NCBI GenBank assembly: GCA_025786725.1
Contig: JAHLTZ010000025.1
Span: 248,001-312,000 of the forward strand
DNA length: 64,000 nucleotides
Direction of reading: 5' to 3'
From: Syncephalis fuscata S228
Lineage: Eukaryota > Fungi > Zoopagomycota
Shown one piece after another: positions 54,848 to 64,000 of this stretch; the first letter of the stretch is position 1; every line of letters starts with the position of its first letter. The position numbers and the translations under genes are program-made. The notes beneath the pieces are model-generated. The model did not search any database and was not told the origin of the DNA. It worked only from the letters and a program-made list of their open reading frames with translations.

Positions 54848-56152
54848 TTATATTGGCACTTGTTTCAGCGCTAGCATTGCACATCGCTCCTTTGCTTCCT
54901 CGGGATAAAAGTAAACAGTCGATCCAGTATCTACATATACCGCAACTCTTGGACTTCCTACAAAATACAGCTTAATGCTACAGCTGTACATGCCGTTGGT
55001 TGTTCGCGTTAAACTATAAACCGGTGGCGCATAATCTAAATCACTGCACCGTTCCTCTAGTATTTGACTATAGCTAAGGCTGTCGCTGTTATCTACGCCA
55101 TTAGAAAAGCTTGTTGCATCGCTCGACCCATATTGCTGGGCAGTGGACGAGTAACATGTAGTATGGTTGCTGCTGTCTACCGAATGTGCTGGCTCTTTGC
55201 CACTCACAGTACCAGAAGCAATTTGATTATACATTTGCAACGCACAGTCATTTAGTGCATCAATAATACGCAAATGACTTGCTCTACTAAAAGCAATAAT
55301 GCCATCTATTTCTTTCTCGTGGAGATGCATAATCGATGTAAATGAACGGCCACTCTGTTTGATGGTAAATTCAGCCACTTGCTTGAGAGTTTGAACCATT
55401 GCTATTACTACTTTCAGTGGCTGTTCTTCAAGTTGTGGTCGTAAATTTGACACACAATCCCCTTTAACAATGCCTTCAAGCTCGTCGCTATCCATGTAGG
55501 CCAGTGTTGTATAGGCCAGATAAGCGCATTGTTCGCGTCCTACCGTTGGATCACCCGCTTGATCTGGAAAAACGGTTGGATCGAATGTATCTACTAGAAA
55601 CTCGCATCGTCCAATTCTCAAGCTACTTTGATACTTGGCTAGCGATAAATTGGTGCATTTTGCAACCTCTAACGGTACTTTATTCGCTAAAGCATTATCC
55701 AGCTGTTGCGGATCGTCCAACACAAGGCGAAATATTATTATAAAGTTGTTAGAGACTGGGAATATTGCTTCAGAATTTACATCTGGTTGGCCATTCACTA
55801 GTCTGTGGCCGTAAGAGGGAAGAGCTGGGCTATGCGGTAAACGTTTGTATAGTACTTCATCTAACGCTGCGCTAAATGTAGCGTGGCCAGACGGTGGAAT
55901 CAGTACTGTTTCTTCTAATTCATCATCAGGCGCCAGCTGAACACTTTCCAACAGTTGGCAGGTTAGCTTGATGTGTTCAGTGCCGCTAGAACCAAGACTA
56001 GGCGCTGACAGCACAGCAAGGCCTACTTCTGGCGTTTCTAGCAGCGGCTCGAGTCGTATAGCACCAAGCTCATCAAGAAGAGCTTCAAGCGCATCAGATG
56101 AAGGCAATATAGCATCTTCAGCTTGTATGCTGTCGAAATCACTAATAGTCAT
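54848..56152 (-). CDS. Hypothetical protein with C-terminal dsRNA-binding-motif-like domain
   Basis: Intronless ~434-aa ORF ending SYSQILEERCSDLDYAPPVY...YSCSIKL...EEAKERCAMLALKQV, which fits the dsRBM alpha-beta-beta-beta-alpha pattern. Confidence 0.65.
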   Translation of the reverse strand: MTISDFDSIQAEDAILPSSDALEALLDELGAIRLEPLLETPEVGLAVLSAPSLGSSGTEHIKLTCQLLESVQLAPDDELEETVLIPPSGHATFSAALDEVLYKRLPHSPALPSYGHRLVNGQPDVNSEAIFPVSNNFIIIFRLVLDDPQQLDNALANKVPLEVAKCTNLSLAKYQSSLRIGRCEFLVDTFDPTVFPDQAGDPTVGREQCAYLAYTTLAYMDSDELEGIVKGDCVSNLRPQLEEQPLKVVIAMVQTLKQVAEFTIKQSGRSFTSIMHLHEKEIDGIIAFSRASHLRIIDALNDCALQMYNQIASGTVSGKEPAHSVDSSNHTTCYSSTAQQYGSSDATSFSNGVDNSDSLSYSQILEERCSDLDYAPPVYSLTRTTNGMYSCSIKLYFVGSPRVAVYVDTGSTVYFYPEEAKERCAMLALKQVPI

Positions 56153-56271
56153 CGTGGATTCAAACAAAGAAAAGACATATATATTACAAAGGAGGTAAAG
56201 AAAGATGGTGGTAAATTTATTGCCATTACAAATTAAAAAATACTAAAACGTTCATTTAAATGGCATCTACA

Positions 56272-57357
56272 TTATGCTGACGCTGTCTTGACCCATAGCT
56301 TGTGTGCACTAAGCATGCCTGACAATAGACCGGTCAAAGCTGGCCATCCGTCGGAGAACTGCCAATGGAACATATCATATGTGCAGAATCCAAGATCACC
56401 TAAGAATTTACCGCATGAAACGCGTAGCCAATACTGCTTGTCATACAAAGTAGCCAGTGTCTTTTCGGCCACTTGGATTGTTCTATGATCGGCGTCGCCG
56501 TCTGTCACATCTTGTTGTAGCCGTTTAATCATAAGCTTCTGCGTATCAATCTTATCTTGCAATGCTAATTGATCCTTAGCATTGGCATACAAGTCAAACC
56601 ATATACCGGTAAACCAGAAGCGAAGTGACCATACTTCCGATGGATCTTCCATCCATTTTGGTAGACAGTTGATGCGACATAGGCAGTATATATCGTCAAG
56701 AAGATCATTCATAAAACCAACTATAGGTGGCACACCACCCCATAGCCAACGTAGTAGCATAGCCGTCGATATCTGCGGTGGATTCTTGCTACTTTGTCCG
56801 TCGGTCAATTTACGGCCTGGCATATCCGATAGCCACTCGACTATTTCATCGTAAGGTTCCAACCAGTGGCCAAGACGAATAATCTTGCGTGTTGTGCTAA
56901 ATGCCTTTGTCAATGCTGACAAACGTTCTCGTAACAATGCGTCCTTTGGGGTTTTAAGTGCTTTCCATAACAGTACTTTTAATAAATACTGTATCAACTT
57001 CATTGTTTTGTCCCGACCATCTGTCTGACGAACAAAACGTATATAAAGTGCTAATAAAGGTACACCGGGTTTAATGGCCTGCCTTGGCGTCGATAATGGC
57101 GCCGCAGCCATCGACTTGGCTAGAACTGGCGTACCATTAGATGTCATTGGATTACTTGCCAGTTTGCTCGTTGGCAACAAAGTATAAGTTTGATTTAACG
57201 CTTTGCTTGTTATTACTTGCGCATTAATTGGTGTGGTAGCCAAGGTATTACCACTAGAGTTATTATTATTATTATTATTACTGCTATTATCTCCAGCTAC
57301 TTGGCTATCGATTGTTATTGTTGCTGTTGTTGAATCTTCAATAAAGTGAGGCCCCAT
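56272..57357 (-). CDS. PEX11: Peroxisomal biogenesis factor 11 family protein
   Basis: FVRQTDGRDKTMKLIQY, FSTTRKIIRLGHWLE, KFLGDLGFC, TGLLSGMLSAHKLW. Confidence 0.9.
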   Translation of the reverse strand: MGPHFIEDSTTATITIDSQVAGDNSSNNNNNNNSSGNTLATTPINAQVITSKALNQTYTLLPTSKLASNPMTSNGTPVLAKSMAAAPLSTPRQAIKPGVPLLALYIRFVRQTDGRDKTMKLIQYLLKVLLWKALKTPKDALLRERLSALTKAFSTTRKIIRLGHWLEPYDEIVEWLSDMPGRKLTDGQSSKNPPQISTAMLLRWLWGGVPPIVGFMNDLLDDIYCLCRINCLPKWMEDPSEVWSLRFWFTGIWFDLYANAKDQLALQDKIDTQKLMIKRLQQDVTDGDADHRTIQVAEKTLATLYDKQYWLRVSCGKFLGDLGFCTYDMFHWQFSDGWPALTGLLSGMLSAHKLWVKTASA

Positions 57358-57947
57358 GGTGCCACGTTGTACAAACGTACTGCAGATGAGTTGAAAAAAG
57401 TTTCAATTGAAGATGAGACTCTAACAACGAATTCAGTACTAGAGCTGAGACTGCCTCAATGTGAAAATAGAATCTAGGCTATGCAGCGAATATGGTATGT
57501 TAATGCAAAGAAGGAAAGAGCTGTGGTGAGTTTAGAGATTAGCAACCACGTGGTGTGAGTAGAGTGATAAGCAGGAGTGAAAGTGGTGAACAGTGCCAAT
57601 GGCAGAAAATGTAAAGAAGCGTTAAAAAGTTTGACGCATATCAGTAGACTAATTTATTACCTCACTTTTAATTGTTCTATGATAGTAAATGGTTTTAGTG
57701 GTCAAGCGACTTTACATTCTATTTACTATGATAATGTCATTTTATCCTATATTCTAATTTCTTCAGCTGCAATTTATCCATTTATTATATTATCTATCAG
57801 TGCATTGGCTACTCATTGCATAAAACTAATAAAACTGCTTATTTATTGATGGTTGTATTTGTTGTAAATAATGATTTATCCTCTGTTATGCACATTGTAA
57901 TCTCTTCACTGGTATTCAGGCACTTTCTCTTGCCCAATTATAGCATT

Positions 57948-59075
57948 CTATGTTATTTTGCTTTTTTCTGACTCTAATTGTATCCGACTGATTGCATTTG
58001 TAAAGTCTTCTATTAATCCTGAATTTCTATTATAGTTATTTGAAGGGCCAAGATAATCAGAAAGATCATCCCACTTGTCTACATCTCCAGAACCATAAAG
58101 CTTTTTCGTTATCGCAACTTTTACATCGGCAGGAACAAGACGAAGACTTTCATTTGTGACAAACTCATTTGTTTCACGAATGCTAATAATTCCTTTTTCT
58201 ACTGGAATGGCATTATTGAAGTTGATGAAATATGGTACATATTCGCCAAGTTCATTCTTATCGATGCAAATATCTAGCAATGTCGTTAATATAAACATTA
58301 GTAATAAACATAATACCTGCCTTTAAAGTCCTTATGGGCATACCATCCCAATTTTTTAATAATATATAGACCTAATAGTAACTTAGTATACATCATATAG
58401 ACAATAAAAGCTCGTACCGTCTGCAATCTTCCGCCAGAGAGTTTCTATTTTTTCCAAATCCTTATCACTAATTAAAGTTAAAATAATGTATTTTATGTAA
58501 AATTAATATTGTTCGAGTTCAACATACCTGGTGAATACTTTAGTAAATTGTTTATATGTCTTTGCACATTGGCCTGGTAAGACATAGCATTTATTTCCAG
58601 AAAATGTGATAATTTCTTTAGGTATGGCAATCAAAGAGCTATATTTTTCTAATAATTTGGAATTTTCCTTTAAAGACTGTTGATAATGATATTTGTTAGT
58701 TTTTGCATATCTATGTTATGCAAAACTTGCCTGATATACTTTAAACGCGCTATTTTCTACAATTGTATCCGATTTACATGCAAGTGTAATAGGCCCTTTA
58801 TTCTGTGTTCCTTTGATATAATATACGCCATTGACTTTGTATGGCGTGTTGGTAAACTTGATATTTTTTTTGATAAACGGGCTATCTGTGTTTTTATTTT
58901 TCTGGCCCATAAAGGCTACATGAATATATGTTAGTAAAATAAAATGAATAACATGGAGTAGATACTTGCTAATGGTTTTGAATGGATTTATAATGTTAGT
59001 GGGCGTGGCATAAGTAGCTGATACTAGCATGCATGCAGTAGCAGCGATAGCGAGAATGGATTTTATCGTGACCAT
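57948..59075 (-). CDS. Secreted divergent protein-kinase-like protein (6 exons, three GC-AG introns)
   Basis: Signal peptide MVTIKSILAIAATACMLVSATYA; spliced IADGLYIIKKLGWYAHKDFKDICIDKN...VPYFINFNNAIP resembles kinase subdomains VIa-VII. Confidence 0.65.
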
Positions 59076-59849
59076 GTTTATGTCAAGGTTCAGTCGTCAA
59101 ATAGAAGATGGTGCTTTCTATAAGATTAGTACGTAAAAAAAGTAATGTGATAGTTAGACAAATGAACATTTTAAAATGCAGATATTTATAGTAAATATAT
59201 CATGCAATGATCTTTGTATTTACTATGAGATTGGACAAGTACGAAATACATATTTCTGTGTAAAAAATGTGGAAGAGCACATGGAAATATACCGTAAACA
59301 ACTAATCTATACATCTCAATACAGCTACTGAAACTACAAATGTTTTAAAATAGCATTCTCGTTTTTATTTGTATATATTGAGTGATAAAACAAGTAAAAC
59401 AGCGACTCACTATAGTAATACAGGTGCGTTTGGTTTTATTCTTCAAGCGCCGATATTCGAAGCAAATTGCAAATTTGTTTGTAAACTCCGTAAATCAAAA
59501 TTACTACTTTTGTTAATACTAATTGGAACTCAGAAATGTCATAATTTAAACACAGATTCTAGCAATATACATTGTAATTAATCAACAATTTAATGGTTGT
59601 TTAGAACATATAAATAGTCACATAAACTGATATGCTGCGTTAATGATATATGATACAAACTATTTAAACTTTATTATTAGTTATGTTGACTATATAATAA
59701 TTTAATTAGCATTAATAAAATTCAAAAGTTTTTAGTTTATTAGCAAACCAATATTCGTTTACTTGAATTAAGCGGAATTGGCATAATGCTGCTTTAATAA
59801 ATAGCAGTAAAGACAGATGACGGTTTATTATTAAAAATTATAGGTTTAA

Positions 59850-60467
59850 TTATAATGTTTGTGAAGCACATTCGTCAAATATTTGAGCAACAATTTGCTC
59901 GGCATTTGGGCAGTGTTGTCGGGTCGATTCAGTGGCATGACGTAATGCACAAATACGCTGCTCGTGCCTTGATGGCATGTAGCTGCACTCCCCACGAAGA
60001 CTTGCTCGTACCTCACCGCAAGCCAAAGCATAACAACTTGTAGTACTGTATTGTTTAGCGTCATAGGCATGCACCAACTCATGTACAAGTGCACCTTCAA
60101 CTTCCCTCCTATCTTTTACTTTATCACTACAAATAACAACTCTAAACAACGACAACAATGACAATGATAATAATAAATACGCATATACACATTCTTATCT
60201 ATTTTAGTTACTTACCGTTGATAGTTTGAATCGTAATAAGCTATCGAGTTATTATCACGCGTTGTATTGCGACAAACACGACAAGTTACACCTCGTCGTA
60301 AACTATCTCGATTTTCGAAATAGATACGCGCAAGCAAGTGTCGCACGCGGGGTGACTCTACAATCTATAATAGATCCATTGAGCAATTGATTAATTTAAG
60401 CAATGGTTATGATTATGGTGACTATTCACACCTCAGCCAATGCACTGGTACACTCGTGCTCTTGCAT
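59850..60467 (-). CDS. ATP23: Peptidase M76 family (Atp23-like) metalloprotease
   Basis: VVICSDKV...LVHELVHAYD (HExxH), CYALACGEVRAS and conserved C-terminal cysteines. Confidence 0.8.
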
Positions 60468-60779
60468 AATGAATAATCAAAAGTGTTTAAAATAAAGAAG
60501 CTATTATACTTTAACTTTCATTTTTTATCCATTTCACCCATCTTAACACCTTTAGTCACAATTAAACACTTGTTCATTACTATAACATGTATAATATTAC
60601 ATCCAATATTAATTGATTGATGTGCAATTATCAATACAATAATGTAATTGATTAGTTATTTTTATTACTACTTCAATATATATATTGTCATTGTAATATT
60701 AATTGTTCAAATGCCATTTATTTAGTCAGATTGGCTATAAGAAAATTGCTGTTTAATAAACAACTTTTATAATAATTAT

Positions 60780-61153
60780 ATTAATCTTGAGTTTACATCA
60801 CAAATATGTCCAAAATGCAACAGTAGAATATTAGAAATAGAAGATACCATTCAAACGCAAGGATCCATGCGATACGTAGATGCAATAACAACAAATGCGA
60901 AATGATATGGAATTGCAATCATATGGTTTCTACTAATATTTAATCAATCTTTCTACACATGACTAACAACAACAATCGGTCTCAAATATTTCAAAGAAAT
61001 CAAATAGTATGTTACATTGCTTATTTAAATCAATTTATTAACAATATTTTAATAGGAGGTAATATAGCTATGTTGTGGATAACAGCACGACTTCAATTAG
61101 AACAAATTCTACTTTAGGGATCCAAAACGAGAAAGTTAAAGTAAAATTCGACT
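60780..61153 (+). mobile_element. Degenerate Fanzor (eukaryotic TnpB-like) C-terminus plus downstream element end
   Basis: INLEFTSQICPKC, then after a frameshift IHAIRRCNNNKCEMIWNCNHMVSTNI*SIFLHMTNNNNRSQIFQR. This matches the RuvC-II/zinc-finger/RuvC-III layout (TSxxCxxC...CxxxC...WNRD...NI...RP..F); two further copies lie in the window. Confidence 0.72.
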
Positions 61154-62887
61154 CTAATCCACCACTTCAAAATCATCCTCATCCTCATCCTCATTGACTA
61201 TTTCAGTAACCATATTAATTTCCATAGCTTGATTAGATCCAGCTGGTGTAGCTTCTGAATCTTCATTCGTCTCTTCGTCTAATCGAGCCTTTTTCCTAAA
61301 GCAGCCATAATCAGTGATTAAATTGTATTTTTGACAATAGCCTATACATACTTCGTTTCTTCATTTGCCGTATTATTATCCTGGTCTACCTCGACAAAGT
61401 CATCTTCATCGTCATCATCCTCGACTCCTTCAATATAATTGCCCTCTTCATGTAATTGAGCATAGTAGTTTTCGTAGTCTAATAGGAGAAATCGTTAGCG
61501 TTGATATCCAACACTATTTATATATCAGCTACTTACATGAATCGTGATCGATTGTGTTTCCATCGTGTGTGGCATCATTGGCATCATGGCCTGCATCCAA
61601 AGCATTTGCAGCAGCCGTGCTACCATGGGCTGCATTGCCTGTGCCAATTGCTCTACCTGTAACCGTACTATGTGTATGCCATACTGGCAAAGCATTCTGT
61701 AATCTATTTCATATCAATTTACACAAATGTTCAATAACCATAATCTAATCCATACGGTTCATTATTTGTACTAACCGTTTCTTCTCCTGCTCCATTGCCT
61801 TTTCACGTGCATTATCATCTTGAAAGAATACCACAATCTCTTCTTCATTCTGGCCTTCTTTATCCTTAGAGAATGCAATCTCGCCTCCTTCTACACCCGA
61901 TTCACGCATCTCTGCCTCTTCAGCCAACCGTGTCACGCGCTGTTCCATCTCTGGTGTATATCTATTCCACTATCATTAATATTACCGTTATATAAGCAAT
62001 CTATCAAACTTACGCAGGTAATATCATATTATCCGTCTGCTTTAATAAGTCAATAATTGGCTGTGTCTGTTCCGTCAATCTACATTGATAATGTACAGTA
62101 TTAATATACGCTTAAATAGCATAATATTTAACGCTTCTTACCGAGCCAGCTTATCATTTGCTTTTCGTAGTTTTTCAGAGTTATCGTTCTCTTCTAATGG
62201 CAAATTACACTGATCGCATAGAAATTGACAAGTATACGGATCAACGTTCTTACAAGCATCCAATGCATCAAATACACGATGACACATTGGACAGGCATAG
62301 CCTTTGTTTTCTTGTTCCTATAGCCATTATTAGATTTAATCATAACTAATACTTCTATTACTTACACCGCGTAGATCAGCCAACACACGTTTACGCATCT
62401 CATAAATTCGCCATTTAACAACATCCACAAATCGCTTATAATCAATCATATAATAGGTACGCCGAATCGTCAATCCCTCCACTTTTTTTGTATCATAGCG
62501 AAATGCACTAATATAACATAGCATTATTAAATACATCTGTTCTTATTTACTTGCCCCTCTAACTAGCCCAGCCCATTGACTTACCTACGAATCAGATATT
62601 CATCTCTTAATTTAGCACATATTTTGTGCACATTACTAGAAGAGAGTTTAGTCACTTTGGACAATTGCTCATCTCGATAACTAGGTAATGTATATATGAT
62701 TAATCTTTAATATACGAGTGGCAATATAACACAATAGTCGTACGTACGTCTCTACTCTGCAAAGTGCGTCTAAGATGACCGTCCATTTGGGGTCGTAAAA
62801 TGCGCGTGCTACTCTTGCTACCAATGTACGCAGTACTTGCTTTTCACTAGGCGTTAATTGCTTTGGTGCAACAATATGTGAGGCCAT
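61154..62887 (-). CDS. TFA1: Transcription initiation factor IIE alpha subunit
   Basis: LVARVARAFYD, RTYYMIDYKRFVDVVKWRIYEM, GYACPMC zinc ribbon, QNALPVWHTHSTVTG and an acidic C-terminus ending DFEVVD. Confidence 0.93.
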
Positions 62888-63072
62888 AATAGACAGTAGG
62901 CCAATCTAGTAGAATGATAGACTGAGGTTGTAGTATATGGATTCAGTAAATGCTCCACAGATGAAGTTGAAGAAATATTTTTTAGCCAACTCAGAACACC
63001 AAATAAATTTACCACGAATGATCACTGATTGGTCGATTTTAAACATTTTTTATTCATTTTAGTTTAAAGCCT

Positions 63073-63715
63073 ATGAATGATTCTTCGTTGTATAGCTTGC
63101 TGGGAGTAGCCGAAGACGCATCTCGCGACACTATTCGAAAGGAATACCAGCGTCAACTGCTATTGGTAAGATAGTGTTGCTATTGTGTTGAGGTTGTTAG
63201 ACTGATGATATCCGTTTAGTGCCATCCAGATAAACATGTAACAAAGCAAATAGATAACAATGAACACGAACTACGTATTCGGCTAGATACAATAAGACAA
63301 GCATGGGACGTACTAGGTGATGTTGTGAAACGCAAAGACTACGATAAAGAGCTGAAAGGTGATTTGATTATAATGGATTGGTTCAATTCTGTGTTTAACC
63401 ATAGTTGTTGTTGCTATTGCTGCTGCTATTGTTATTGTTTTAGCCGGTCGGCTACGCCAAACAGCGCCAATGGACATTGCCGTAGATTTGGACGACATGG
63501 TATTTACTGAAGGTATAAGTGGCTGGCCATGTACAAACGATGGCTTATATTAATTGTTGTAAATAGATACGGGCGTGTACACTTATGCTTGTCGTTGCAG
63601 CGGCGAATATCTATTAACTGAAGCAGATCTAGAGGCAGGCGCTGAGCTAGTTAATTGTTCGCAATGTTCATTGCGTATTCATGTTCTATATCAATGTATT
63701 GAAGAGATGGAGTGA
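63073..63715 (+). CDS. DPH4: Diphthamide biosynthesis protein 4 (J-domain + CSL zinc finger)
   Basis: LYSLLGV...HPDK J-domain, AWDVLGDVVKRKDYD, VDLDDM, YACRCSGEY, CSQCSLRIHV. Confidence 0.92.
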
Positions 63716-63895
63716 ACTGTAGGCGATGGCGGCAATGACTCACATTGACCTATAGGTCAATCACCAAATCTTTAATAAGAAATTGCTTTATTGATATGAA
63801 AACATAAGCTTCTTTCTCTTAAATAAATCGCATATTATTTTATTGTTATCAATTTTGATATTACAGTTGCTATTACAACAACTGCTAGGTTCAAC

Positions 63896-64000
63896 ATGAG
63901 TAGTGCATTCTTCTATGGATCTTTGATGCATCCCAAAGTGCTGACACGTGTTCTTTCAAAAAATGATTTGCCAGGTCCTGACGAAGGAGTACCAGCGGTG
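63896..64000 (+). CDS. Gamma-glutamylcyclotransferase/AIG2-like protein, 5' part only
   Basis: MSSAFFYGSLMHPKVLTRVL contains the FxYGSL motif; runs off the window end. Confidence 0.75.
   Translation, partial: MSSAFFYGSLMHPKVLTRVLSKNDLPGPDEGVPAV

Overview
Gene-dense, AT-rich fungal nuclear DNA with many short (~45-90 nt) spliceosomal introns. The style and the secreted kinase-like genes suggest an early-diverging fungus such as a Zoopagomycota mycoparasite, but that is inference. About 24 protein-coding genes were assembled by hand: two PPR proteins, a YABBY/HMG-like protein, MND1, NAPE-PLD, two SAM methyltransferases, NMA111, SAE2/CtIP, CLU1, an F-BAR/DEP/RhoGAP with a giant acidic repeat tail, FAM192A/FYV6-like, PEX11, ATP23-like, TFA1, DPH4, a GGCT-like gene and several secreted candidates. 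The standout is 49257..52127. What looks like an ~81-bp tandem repeat is a 30-exon gene: a signal/pro-peptide exon, then 28 micro-exons (26 of 3 nt, 2 of 6 nt) each flanked by AG and GTAAGT/GTAGGT/GTAAGC, then a short terminal exon. Joined, they give a stop-free Cys-rich secreted peptide (mature DPGECLVCVEKCKKNWMGPEPVACRFECGVPNPQS), about one codon per repeat unit. The window also has a tRNA-type SINE-like insertion in that array, three decayed copies of a Fanzor/TnpB 3' end, and two secreted (pseudo)kinases. Several genes show single-base frame breaks at homopolymers, probably assembly errors. All gene models are manual and have no transcript support.
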